Assembly (NCBI RefSeq): GCF_024298765.1
Contig: NZ_CP101211.1
Reading direction: 5' to 3' (one strand)
DNA from: Escherichia coli
GTDB lineage: Bacteria > Pseudomonadota > Gammaproteobacteria > Enterobacterales > Enterobacteriaceae
Length of the DNA: 64,000 nucleotides
Every line of letters starts with the position of its first letter. The stretch's first letter is position 1. Shown here in pieces: positions 11,050-20,667 of this stretch. Under the pieces are notes generated by a model. The model had not been told where the DNA came from. It did not search any database and was given only the letters and a program-made list of their open reading frames with translations. A program made the position numbers and the translations under genes.

Positions 11050-12189
11050 TTGGAGAAACCCATGACTTTAAATACTTCAATGCTTAACAAAGTATCTGCA
11101 AAACAAATCTCTGAGAATTTTGCAAAATCATATCCAGATTTACTGGAAGGTGCAGTTATAACAAAAATTGAAATAAGTGGCTGTCAAGGATCGCGTCGAA
11201 CCGATAAAATCGATTTGTCTTATGATGGAGATGATATTACGGATCAAAAAAGCGTATCTAAAAGCGAAGTACGCTGGATTGACATAAAAGCCCTTAGCTT
11301 CAAAAGTACGATTACCAGCAGAATATCAACTCTTTGCTCACGCTTGTGCATCCGCTATAGCAATATGTGGATTTTACCAGTATCCAGTATGGAAGAGTTT
11401 CTGGAAGGGGCCCAAGAGATTGAACGAGAGTTTCAGGCAGGTATTCAAAACGTTGTAGACAATTATGAGATGCATATTGAGGCTGAAAAAAATAGAAGCC
11501 CAAGAATGTCTTCTTTGATTGATCAGTTGAAATTAACTAAAGATGATTTCATAAAATCCTTTAGATTTAATATTGCTCACTTTATTCCTTTTACGCCTAT
11601 TAGCGTTGAAGGTGATGAAACCCAGGACTACTATCAGGAACAATTGATAACAGATCTGGCAGAAGAAGCAATGAAGGTTTATGAAAAAATTAGCAAAAAT
11701 AACAATTTGCGCTCAAGTACTATTGACCGACTGAAGCAAATGCAAAATAAGATCATTAGCTTCATGTTTATACATAAAGAGGCGGCAGTACTTGCAGAAG
11801 CTATAAAACACATAATGAATAATTTACCTAAAGGTGCCATTTCTGAACCTCGCGACGTTGCGGTGTTACAGCAGTGGTTTTATTTCATGAGTGATGCTTC
11901 AATGTTAAAGCGTATTATTTCAGGAGAGCAAAAGGTTACTGACTGGTTGGAATCTATTACCAGATCATTTAATCAAAGCTCACAAACAGAACCGAACGCG
12001 CTACAGAACACAGGTATTGAAGCTATTTTAGATTCAACAAATGTGTTCCAGGTTGAACCTGTCGTAGAGAACGATATAAATAACAGCACGTTTTCAAACA
12101 CTGATCCTGTAGCTGAACCTGAGAAATCAGTTTCGCAACAGGAAGACAATGTTGAAAATGGTTTTGATATCGAGCTCAAAGGCTGGTAA
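11050..12189 (+). CDS. Hypothetical protein
   Basis: 379-aa ORF between the AAA+ and vWA genes; hairpin/T-run upstream and downstream. Confidence 0.35.
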   Translation: MEKPMTLNTSMLNKVSAKQISENFAKSYPDLLEGAVITKIEISGCQGSRRTDKIDLSYDGDDITDQKSVSKSEVRWIDIKALSFKSTITSRISTLCSRLCIRYSNMWILPVSSMEEFLEGAQEIEREFQAGIQNVVDNYEMHIEAEKNRSPRMSSLIDQLKLTKDDFIKSFRFNIAHFIPFTPISVEGDETQDYYQEQLITDLAEEAMKVYEKISKNNNLRSSTIDRLKQMQNKIISFMFIHKEAAVLAEAIKHIMNNLPKGAISEPRDVAVLQQWFYFMSDASMLKRIISGEQKVTDWLESITRSFNQSSQTEPNALQNTGIEAILDSTNVFQVEPVVENDINNSTFSNTDPVAEPEKSVSQQEDNVENGFDIELKGW

Positions 12190-12266
12190 CTGTTTGCTTT
12201 ATTAAAAACCCCAGATGGGTACTTCACCATCTGGGTGAGTACCCCTTTTTTATAAAGAGGTATTCT

Positions 12267-14279
12267 ATGAAATTAGATCTTAAATCATCACCGCGCCATA
12301 TTAAGCGTTTACAGAATATAGCAAAAGTCATTAGCGGCTTAGGCGATGTAAGAGTTGTAATAGACGACAATACCAAAGGACCGTATTTTGATCCTGTAAA
12401 TAAAGTTTGTGTTTTACCAAACGGCGATTATAGCGATGATGACTTTGTCAGTCTGATTGAAGGTTTTACCTGTCATGAAGCTGGTCATGGTCGCTATACC
12501 GACAGCGAGGTTTACAGTGACGCCTTTAATAGTGTTCTCAAGTCATCTGAAGGGTTTACACGCTTCGATGACGGAATGAATGCAGAGTTTGAGAGCCTCG
12601 CTGAGAAACGTAAAGCTTATAGCAGGGCAAAACGTCTTACCGGGCTTATAAATCTGTTCGATGATGTACAGATGGAAGAGAAGGTTGGTAACGATTATCC
12701 GGATGCAAAGCGGCGGCTTGCAGCCACTTACGCACTGATGGTTAAAGCCGGAAGGATGACTCCTGATATATCTTCTCGTCCGGAAAATCCTGTCCTATTT
12801 ATTGAGTGGTATCTGCTTAACTCATTGCGAGTAAAAGTCCTTCAGCAGGCAGGTCACAAAGAAACACTCGATCCGTTTTTTGACTATGCCCAAAAGATAC
12901 TTTCTCCAGTAATTTCTGATGTTGAGGAAATTTTTCATGATGCTCTTGGTTGTGAAAATACTCAGGGCTGTGAATCCCTTGCTCGTAAGACCCTGGCTCT
13001 TTTAGAGAGACTGCGGGATGAGGCAAGGGAACAACAGCAGCAGACAGAGCAGGAGGAGCAGGAGGCATATGATGAATCCGAGACCGAGACCGAGACCGAT
13101 ACCGAATCAGAAGATAAATCGCTTGAGTCGACTGATAGTCGTGAGGATGATTCTGAGGACGATAGTGAAGGTCAGGCAGATACTTCCGATAACTCTGATC
13201 TTGCTCAAGAGGGATGTTCTGAGCCTTCAGAACTTGCTGAAGATAACGAGGGAAATAATGAACCCACCGGTGGCAATCCCACAGGTGATAACATTATTGA
13301 AGACGATACTGATGCGATTAACCCTTCCGAGAGTGAATCAGATGAAGCCAGTTCGACTAACGTTGAAGATGAAAGTAACTTTTCATCGGCTCAATGGGAG
13401 ATACTGGCAGATTTGTTGGATGCCTTTCTTGGCAGTGATGAGGATAGCGAAGATTATCACGATGCTTTGGCTAAAGAGATTGAAGGTATTGCATCAAAAG
13501 TATCCGATGACGTGAAAGCCGAATTCGGTGCTTCTGAATGGGATATCCCTGATCTCCTTATCGATTTGAATGTTTACAATGAGGCTTTGTCTCTGAGTCA
13601 TTCAATCGGTAGCGACTTGTCTGTTTTACAGCAGGTTAAAATGCGTGGCCGAAACAAAACTCATGAGCGTGGAATTACCTTCGATGGAAATCGATTAATT
13701 CTGTCACCAATGGGAGTTCGTGATGTCTTCAGAGCTCAAAGCGAATCTAAAAATAGAGGGCATGTTGGCCTCGTATTAGTTCGTGATATTTCAGCGTCAA
13801 TGGCTAATGATGAAAGATATATTCATGCCATTAAGTCAGATCTTGCTTTATCGATGGCCGCTGAAAGTTTGTCAAAAATGCATGTCTCCAATATAGTCTT
13901 TCCCTTCAAGGAAAGTGAATTTGAGATTATCAAAACGTTTGATCAAAGCGTTGAGGAATCTCTATCGAAATTCACTCTTGGATGTAAGGGTTATTATACC
14001 CCTACGGGATCGGCTTTAATGGCAGCTGTTGATCTGTTACTTGACAGCCAATTCGATAGGAAAATAATTTTTCTTATAACTGATGGTTATCCGAATAAAT
14101 CGGAATTTACTATCGGCGAAGTTATGGAAAAGGCTAAATGTAATGGAATAGAAATCGTTGGTGTTGGTATTAAGACTGATGAAATAATTGGTTTTGAAAC
14201 GGACACTTTCGTAACAGTTGATGATACTTCTTTATTGTCTATTGAAGTCAGTAAGCTAGTTCATCAAATACTTTCTTAA
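12267..14279 (+). CDS. vWA-domain protein with N-terminal HExxH motif and acidic linker (CobT-like architecture)
   Basis: 670 aa; HEAGH motif near residue 70, long D/E/S/T-rich low-complexity linker, C-terminal vWA with MIDAS-like DISAS and downstream TDG. Confidence 0.6.
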   Translation: MKLDLKSSPRHIKRLQNIAKVISGLGDVRVVIDDNTKGPYFDPVNKVCVLPNGDYSDDDFVSLIEGFTCHEAGHGRYTDSEVYSDAFNSVLKSSEGFTRFDDGMNAEFESLAEKRKAYSRAKRLTGLINLFDDVQMEEKVGNDYPDAKRRLAATYALMVKAGRMTPDISSRPENPVLFIEWYLLNSLRVKVLQQAGHKETLDPFFDYAQKILSPVISDVEEIFHDALGCENTQGCESLARKTLALLERLRDEAREQQQQTEQEEQEAYDESETETETDTESEDKSLESTDSREDDSEDDSEGQADTSDNSDLAQEGCSEPSELAEDNEGNNEPTGGNPTGDNIIEDDTDAINPSESESDEASSTNVEDESNFSSAQWEILADLLDAFLGSDEDSEDYHDALAKEIEGIASKVSDDVKAEFGASEWDIPDLLIDLNVYNEALSLSHSIGSDLSVLQQVKMRGRNKTHERGITFDGNRLILSPMGVRDVFRAQSESKNRGHVGLVLVRDISASMANDERYIHAIKSDLALSMAAESLSKMHVSNIVFPFKESEFEIIKTFDQSVEESLSKFTLGCKGYYTPTGSALMAAVDLLLDSQFDRKIIFLITDGYPNKSEFTIGEVMEKAKCNGIEIVGVGIKTDEIIGFETDTFVTVDDTSLLSIEVSKLVHQILS

Positions 14280-14350
14280 TAAACTCTACCCAATCGGGGC
14301 AAAAGGCCCCGGTGGGTCTTTTTGCTCCATGAAGGAATAAGGAGCAAAAT

Positions 14351-14572
14351 ATGACTCAGATAAAAACTTACCGTGTAGAACATGAAAAAGTCGGTGCGAT
14401 GCATAAAGTCCGTATTTTCGGACGTGTTGGTGAAGTTATAAGCAATGATAGCCCTCAGGAAAGAATCTTCCGCGAAGTCACTATAGCGGAGGGTAATAGC
14501 CAGCAGGCTGCGTTACTTGTAGATAACTACATACAGCGTCTTGAGAATAATGGCTTCACGACTGAAGCATAA
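14351..14572 (+). CDS. Small hypothetical protein
   Basis: 73-aa ORF with RBS aaggag upstream; palindrome terminator GAGGGCCCCCGGGCCCTC downstream. Confidence 0.3.
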   Translation: MTQIKTYRVEHEKVGAMHKVRIFGRVGEVISNDSPQERIFREVTIAEGNSQQAALLVDNYIQRLENNGFTTEA

Positions 14573-14613
14573 ATGTTGAGGGCCCCCGGGCCCTCTTTCT
14601 TAAATTCTGCGTT

Positions 14614-15918
14614 GTGGGTTTCTCCCTGTCTTCTGCACCGCAGAAGGCATTGAGAAACTCACAATGCCAGATAAGAGAGATCATCATGACTTATGCATCC
14701 CCGGCTCTTCGTCGTAATCCACAGGAAGTATCTGAACACTTTATTAAACTCGTTCATGCTCGAATTGCTGAAGTGTCTGGCTGGAAGTATATATTCGAAA
14801 GAATACCTGCTTTCAAAGACGCTTGTGCAAAAGCCCCGAGCCAGGTTCCTTGCCCGTTTACTGGCGCAGGGAAATCGAAGTTTCGTTTCCGACAAAAAGA
14901 CCTTTATACCGGATGTGCGATCCATAATGACTTTCCGGTAAATGAGTTTTGCGACGGAATTGATGTTCTGGCGAAATATTATGAATTAAGTAAAACGCAG
15001 ACTTGCAAAAAGATTCTCTCAGATTTTTTCGGGATGGATCTGCATGCTCCGTTAACTGACGCCGACATTGAAAATGAACGACGCTATAAATCAGCAGTTC
15101 GTGCCACAGAAACTCTTGACCGAGAGGAAGTGGCAAAGCGAATGCGAAAACTTGATGTGATGTATCACTATACCGGTGAAATCAAGCCTAATACTCCTGT
15201 TGCTTTGTACCTCCGTAATCGTGGGATCTCCCGCTTACTGAGTCACTTACCAAAGGATTTAGGCTTTAATAACCGGATCTACTATTGGGATAAAGATAAG
15301 CAGAAATCGATTATCTATCCGGGAATGATTGCGATCTATCGTGACACCCGAGGTCGGCCTCTGACTATTCATAGAACATACGTAGACAAAAATGGTGATA
15401 AGGCACCTGTAGAAAATCCAAAGCTGATGATGAAGCCTCCTGCCGATATGACAGGTGGCTCAATTCAGTTGTTTGACCCTCACTATGATTCAGGTAGTTC
15501 GACCTGGACACTGGGAGTGGCTGAAGGGATCGAGAACGCGCTTTCTGTTGTAGAAGCGACTTCAACACCATGCTGGGCAGCCAGCTCCGCATGGTGCCTT
15601 GAAAACGTTACTGTTCCTGATTTTTTACTGCCTCCGCCGGATGTAAAATCTATAAACTTTTATATCTGGGCGGATAAGGATATTGCTAACTCACAAGGCA
15701 CTCGTGCCGGTATTGAAGCTGCTCAGCGACTTCAAAGCCGCATGGTTGAGTTTTTGGCTAAACGATATCCCGCATCAAAGCTGACAATTGAAGTCTTCGA
15801 ACCAGCACAAGATATTCCTGATGGGAAAAAGGGTATCGACTGGAACGATGTTCTCCAGTTAACAGGGCAGGATGGATTCCCGATTCACTGGGCTCCTGAA
15901 TGTCTTAATCAGCTGTAA
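14614..15918 (+). CDS. Primase-like protein (P4-type primase zinc-binding motif plus Toprim-like segment)
   Basis: CPFTGAGKSKFRF resembles the CPxCGGxDRFRF Zn-binding motif of primase-helicases; later GVAEGIENALS resembles a Toprim acidic motif; true start may be internal ATG at 14686. Confidence 0.45.
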   Translation: MGFSLSSAPQKALRNSQCQIREIIMTYASPALRRNPQEVSEHFIKLVHARIAEVSGWKYIFERIPAFKDACAKAPSQVPCPFTGAGKSKFRFRQKDLYTGCAIHNDFPVNEFCDGIDVLAKYYELSKTQTCKKILSDFFGMDLHAPLTDADIENERRYKSAVRATETLDREEVAKRMRKLDVMYHYTGEIKPNTPVALYLRNRGISRLLSHLPKDLGFNNRIYYWDKDKQKSIIYPGMIAIYRDTRGRPLTIHRTYVDKNGDKAPVENPKLMMKPPADMTGGSIQLFDPHYDSGSSTWTLGVAEGIENALSVVEATSTPCWAASSAWCLENVTVPDFLLPPPDVKSINFYIWADKDIANSQGTRAGIEAAQRLQSRMVEFLAKRYPASKLTIEVFEPAQDIPDGKKGIDWNDVLQLTGQDGFPIHWAPECLNQL

Positions 15919-15950
15919 CAACGATAACTCCCCCGCTTTTTGCGGGGGGG

Positions 15951-15996
15951 GTTATCTTATCAATATTATATTTTAAAATTGTATTGATAAGATAAC
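15951..15996. promoter_or_regulatory. 46-bp perfect palindrome (15-bp arms GTTATCTTATCAATA / TATTGATAAGATAAC, 16-bp AT spacer)
   Basis: Read directly; lies in a 270-bp intergenic region after a GC hairpin terminator (CCCCCGC-ttttt-GCGGGGG). Confidence 0.4.
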
Positions 15997-16188
15997 CGCT
16001 TTCCTTCGTGATAATTACCTGCCTTTAAGGTCTTTTCACGGCTGAGATGCTTGCTCAGTTAAATAAATGTGCGGTACTACTGGCTATGGTCGGTTGTATG
16101 ACATGGTTATTCCATAAACTATTAAAACCCATAACGGGAGTATTACCGTTATGGTGATGCTCGTCGTTTTACATCGGAGAGCATTTTA

Positions 16189-16710
16189 ATGAATTTTCAA
16201 ATTAACGAAGTTTTTAATAAATTTGCTGCTGTTATAAAATCGCGCATCGTCAATGAACCATCGTCATGCTATTTGCTGCATGATAATGAGATAGATATAA
16301 CGATTTTGAAACATAGCATATTAGAAAATGACAGAAACCTGTTGTACGTAGTTCGTCCTTCAGGAACGTGTTTGTTGCGTTGTGACAAATATTTCTATCC
16401 GAAATATTATCTTCGTTGCCGTGGAGATTATAAGTCATTCATATATGTCCATCTTGATCTACATAGTGGTGAAGCTAAAGAAATCACATGGGAGCAAGCA
16501 GACGATATGCTGTCTAGTCCAGGAAAACCCCCATTAAAAGGGAATCTTGGACGATTTGAGTATATAAAAGTTGTGGTTGAGGACCTTCGTATTCGAGGTT
16601 ACGCTGATTATCTTCCTGCGTATAATCTTGATGACCTTCGCCGTTTTGCCTTACAGGACGACCGCCCATCCCTTGTCAGATACATTGACAATGTCATGGC
16701 AACGGTCTGA
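16189..16710 (+). CDS. Hypothetical protein
   Basis: 173-aa ORF with RBS ggagag. Confidence 0.35.
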   Translation: MNFQINEVFNKFAAVIKSRIVNEPSSCYLLHDNEIDITILKHSILENDRNLLYVVRPSGTCLLRCDKYFYPKYYLRCRGDYKSFIYVHLDLHSGEAKEITWEQADDMLSSPGKPPLKGNLGRFEYIKVVVEDLRIRGYADYLPAYNLDDLRRFALQDDRPSLVRYIDNVMATV

Positions 16711-16788
16711 TTGATTGCTAATTGATTTACATATTTTCCCTGATGGCCAACCTGCATCAGGGAGGCCTCAATAACGAATGGAGGCTGT

Positions 16789-17667
16789 ATGAAGTTAGCT
16801 ACGGACCTGGTAAAAGCTATTTTGATTAGAAATGGCGTTGAACCAGTAAATATAAGCGAATCATCTAAGTTATCTTTGAAACAACCACTGACAGAACTTA
16901 AATTCAGTTTATATTTGCGAACTGAGCATTTATCTCACTTCCTACCCGGTTATGTTTATTCTATAAAAGAATGTCCACTGTCATATGACATCGGGATCGA
17001 AATTCAGAAAATCTTCGAAAGTTTACATTTGTTAAACGAAGAATTTGAATCCCTCGGTTTTGTTTCTGTATGGATAGAAATGCATCAAAGCATTTTTGAA
17101 CAAAGTCGGTTTAAGAAAAGTAACTTTACTTTTCGGGAGGAAGAGGTCGAGCTTGCTAAAGGGCTTGTTTGTTCTCACAATTCACAAATAAGTAATGCGG
17201 CTTATTTCTGGCTTCAGCACTTTGAGGAGTTTATGATTTATGTTCGTAATAAGCTTATCGACCTCTTTCGAGAGGCCTATGACCTGATCCTTGGAATGCA
17301 GCAAGTATTTTTCATTCGGGAAAAGGAAGAGCTGTTGAAAACTATAAGTTATGGCGATGAGCTGTATGAGGTGAAATTCATGGCGGCTGAGCTTTACTCT
17401 ATCGAACAGAACTTAAAGTGTTCTGAATCGATAAGTACAAAATCTCAAGCTTCGGCATATATTAACCGCATCCGTGAGTTTGTGCGTTCGGGGTGGAGGC
17501 AGGGCTATATAGTCTGCCATCATAAGCGAAGTAATCAAATTTCATCATTGTCATTACCGATGTACTTGAAAGATACGTCAGGCCGAAGTGCTCGAAAGCG
17601 AGTAAAACGTCTTATATCTTCTACAGTTTGTGGTAGAAATAAAGATTTAGGTCTTACAGATTTTTAA
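16789..17667 (+). CDS. Hypothetical protein, member of tandem paralog array
   Basis: 292-aa ORF; shared N-terminal pattern (h-x-x-h-L-x-x-x-G) with neighbours; hairpin CCCTGATG..CATCAGGG upstream. Confidence 0.35.
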   Translation: MKLATDLVKAILIRNGVEPVNISESSKLSLKQPLTELKFSLYLRTEHLSHFLPGYVYSIKECPLSYDIGIEIQKIFESLHLLNEEFESLGFVSVWIEMHQSIFEQSRFKKSNFTFREEEVELAKGLVCSHNSQISNAAYFWLQHFEEFMIYVRNKLIDLFREAYDLILGMQQVFFIREKEELLKTISYGDELYEVKFMAAELYSIEQNLKCSESISTKSQASAYINRIREFVRSGWRQGYIVCHHKRSNQISSLSLPMYLKDTSGRSARKRVKRLISSTVCGRNKDLGLTDF

Positions 17668-17737
17668 TTAAATTATACCCATGTGGGGATCACACCCCAT
17701 ATGGGAGTGATCCCTTTTTTTATTGAGAGAGGATCAC

Positions 17738-18493
17738 ATGAAAATTATCGAAAAAATCATTAATGCCTTTTTGGTTGTTCAACATAAAAAAATACAGGTT
17801 AAAAACATTACATTTTTAGACAATGGGCAGGGCATGTTCTCTGGTATGTCTTTTGATGCTGATGTTTCACTGGAGTTTATGTATGAATCAGCAAAAGCAT
17901 ATAGTTCTTGTTTCTGTGATATTCCCTTTCCAGGTTTTGAAGATGCAAATCTGGAGGAAATTACGAAATTTCAATTAGATGCTCTGAAGCAAAGAAAGAA
18001 TCATTCTTTCTTTGTTAACCATTTGAGGTTTCCTATAGTTTTAAGGGAAGGGTGCAAAATCGAAAGAGGAGAAGTCTATTCAATTTCGAATTGCACTTAT
18101 AATAAAGAAAGATTGCAGTATCTTTTTTCTCAGGATATTTACGGTAAGTTGTATAATTCCTTAGAGAAAGAATTAAGCTCGTTTTTCTCATTTATCAATG
18201 TTGAGGTGCACGAGTTGTTAAAAGATGCTGTATGCTTTGCATTAAAAATCCTGAATAAGATATCTTTGGATACACCTGAAAGACTTATTAAAGCTTTTAA
18301 TTATCGTGACTGGTATTGTAGTTACGATGTTGAGCTTTTTAGGAAAGGCTTACCTGGTCATATTCTGGAAGAGCTCATTGCTCCAGATATCTTACTTTCA
18401 GACCTTAACGGTTGTAGAAAAATACTTAGAAATGCAAAACGATTTCTAAATGGACATACACAAACCAATTGTGTTTATATTAAATATGAATGA
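17738..18493 (+). CDS. Hypothetical protein, possible paralog-array member
   Basis: ATG preceded by RBS gagagagga (track gives TTG start at 17723); hairpin plus T-run immediately upstream. Confidence 0.35.
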   Translation: MKIIEKIINAFLVVQHKKIQVKNITFLDNGQGMFSGMSFDADVSLEFMYESAKAYSSCFCDIPFPGFEDANLEEITKFQLDALKQRKNHSFFVNHLRFPIVLREGCKIERGEVYSISNCTYNKERLQYLFSQDIYGKLYNSLEKELSSFFSFINVEVHELLKDAVCFALKILNKISLDTPERLIKAFNYRDWYCSYDVELFRKGLPGHILEELIAPDILLSDLNGCRKILRNAKRFLNGHTQTNCVYIKYE

Positions 18494-18741
18494 TGGTTGG
18501 GGCCTGTTGATACCTCACACTCAGCTAAGTTGATGTCTGACAAAGAAATTAATAACCGAAGTGACTTGAAGAATTTTTCAAAGGTCTTTTTCAAAGAGTG
18601 TTTAAGTTCTGGTAAGTCGGAATATGAAAACCATCTTAGTGAAAAAGAACATGCGCTTCGCTATAATTATTAATTAAAATTATTTTCTCCCATAGGGATT
18701 TCTCCCTATGGGAGAAATCCCTCTATTAAGAGGGTATTGAA

Positions 18742-19662
18742 ATGAATGCTATACAAAAGTTAGTTGAATCTATTCTTGTTAAAATGGGTTTTGTTGGCGC
18801 TGTAGTGGAAAATATATATTTGGATTCAAAACCATTTCGGCATATTCGATTTGTGGCTGATATTCCAGTAATATCTTTTCTACCTCATTTGGTGAAATAT
18901 CTTAAGGGTGCAGACCATCTTTACAGTGGTAACGATGATTTGCATCCTCTTTTCATTTATTTTTCCGAAGCGGCTACATTAAAAGCAGGTCCTGTAAATC
19001 TCGCGAACTTTCGTTTTGAAGTTTCTATAGCTTCAACTCATTTACGACTGGTCTCAGAGCAGCCTGATTTGCTTTTCAAAGGATTTAACCGGGATAATCT
19101 AGAATACGTTTATTACCGCTCAGATTTGGCCTCTAAGGATCTTATACTAGGCCTTGTTGAACACGGTTCTCCTTTCATAAAACATCTACATGGACTTATA
19201 CAAAAGCGAATTTTAAACGAGTTCTCTCTGATTTTTTCTGTTCTTGAAAAGATTTTAGAAAGCGCGAAGCCACAAATTCTTGCTTGCTTCCATAGTGTTG
19301 ATTATGAAATGAACGTAAAAATAATAGCCGAAGCTATACCTGAAACTGTATCTAATCAGATAGTCACATCTGATTATATAGTTAATTCTATATCAGATGC
19401 GGACAAGTTTATAAATCATGTTCGTCGCTATTTAGCAGGCAGGGTAATGAAGAGGCGGATATACGCTGAATTAGATGTTTGTGAAGAAACATCAAGTATT
19501 TCACTAGTGAACTTAGGATGCTTTACGTCTCCTCTGCTCGTTACGGAATATCAAATGTTTAAGCCACACTCTTCAGGGTTATATCGAAAAGCTATAAACA
19601 ACTCCTTAAAACAGTTCAAACCAGAAATGCATGTACCTTCTGAAGAACTCTTTTATAATTAA
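18742..19662 (+). CDS. Hypothetical protein, paralog-array member
   Basis: 306-aa ORF; nested perfect palindromes directly upstream. Confidence 0.35.
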   Translation: MNAIQKLVESILVKMGFVGAVVENIYLDSKPFRHIRFVADIPVISFLPHLVKYLKGADHLYSGNDDLHPLFIYFSEAATLKAGPVNLANFRFEVSIASTHLRLVSEQPDLLFKGFNRDNLEYVYYRSDLASKDLILGLVEHGSPFIKHLHGLIQKRILNEFSLIFSVLEKILESAKPQILACFHSVDYEMNVKIIAEAIPETVSNQIVTSDYIVNSISDADKFINHVRRYLAGRVMKRRIYAELDVCEETSSISLVNLGCFTSPLLVTEYQMFKPHSSGLYRKAINNSLKQFKPEMHVPSEELFYN

Positions 19663-19728
19663 TCTAACCCATCCGGGAACCTGCTTCCCGGTGGGAAGCA
19701 CTTCCTTTTTAGTCATGAGGTAGTGTAA

Positions 19729-20667
19729 ATGTTTAAAGAATCTGACCACGTGGAATTTGTTAGTGCCTTTCTTTATCAAAATTTAGGCCTTAATGTTTCC
19801 GCTGACGATATAACCGTTCAATTATCTGATACTTCGTTCGACAAAGTAACCTTTGATTACGATGTAGATATCGATAATTTAAATTGTATGTTGGATCTCT
19901 ACATATCTGAGCTAATAAAGCACAACGCATCTTACTCCGATTCTATTCTTTTGAAACAAAAAATAATTTATTTTCTTGGAGTATTTAAGAATTTCGGATT
20001 TTTTACGTTTGATATTCGCGGATATAGTAATACTTTAAGCCCAGTTAAAGTTATTGATATTGTTTCAATGATTATTAATGACTGTGAAGAGTTATCTAAA
20101 GCTAATTCTTCTACTGATGCTATAAGAAATCTTTATCTCGATAAAATGAAGGTGGATGGGAAAGTGTTAGTTGCGAAATTTGCACTTAAACAGTTTTTTC
20201 ATTCCGACTTTGGTGACTTTATCTCATTTGTCGAGAAAAGAATTACAGATTGTCTTAATGAAACTTTAAGGATTATCAAAGCTGTTGAACATGGCTTTGT
20301 ACGTGTAGGGCAGCATAAGATTAATCGCCGTATTAATGATGACTTAAAGTTATGCATTGATTTCAATACTGATGATTATCCGGCAAATATGCCAGATATA
20401 TATATTAAGTTTAACGATACATTTGATGGGAACGGGGCGTTATATTGTGACAATGATGCCCTCATATCCCTCTATACCGATGTTGCTTCAATTATCAATG
20501 TGCCGGTGATGATGGAAGTAAGATTGATCAATAAAAGAGGGCGTGTTGTCTGTGATTCTTCGCATTCAACTTACGTATCTCTCGAAAGTAATGACCGATA
20601 CAGAGTAACTGATCGCACATTACTAATAACTGAAGCTTTTGACGATTTTCGTAACGCGTCTCAATGA
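19729..20667 (+). CDS. Hypothetical protein, paralog-array member (intact sister of the IS1-split gene)
   Basis: 312 aa; N- and C-terminal blocks align with the 20833 gene (VLVAKFALKQFFHSDF vs VMIARFALQQFWDTHF); near-identical RBS gaggtagtgtaaatg. Confidence 0.4.
   Translation: MFKESDHVEFVSAFLYQNLGLNVSADDITVQLSDTSFDKVTFDYDVDIDNLNCMLDLYISELIKHNASYSDSILLKQKIIYFLGVFKNFGFFTFDIRGYSNTLSPVKVIDIVSMIINDCEELSKANSSTDAIRNLYLDKMKVDGKVLVAKFALKQFFHSDFGDFISFVEKRITDCLNETLRIIKAVEHGFVRVGQHKINRRINDDLKLCIDFNTDDYPANMPDIYIKFNDTFDGNGALYCDNDALISLYTDVASIINVPVMMEVRLINKRGRVVCDSSHSTYVSLESNDRYRVTDRTLLITEAFDDFRNASQ

Noticed and set aside
12817-13068. Possible CRISPR or other spaced direct-repeat array anywhere in the window
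   Set aside because: No array of regularly spaced identical repeats was found; the recurring elements are inverted-repeat hairpins between genes
13075-13110. Short tandem hexamer repeat (gagacc x3 and related) resembling a microsatellite
   Set aside because: It encodes the ETETETD acidic linker inside a CDS; low-complexity coding sequence, not a separate repeat element
13018-13515. 165-aa plus-strand ORF overlapping the acidic linker of the vWA gene
   Set aside because: Alternative frame through a low-complexity GA-rich coding stretch; the frame with HExxH and vWA motifs is the real one
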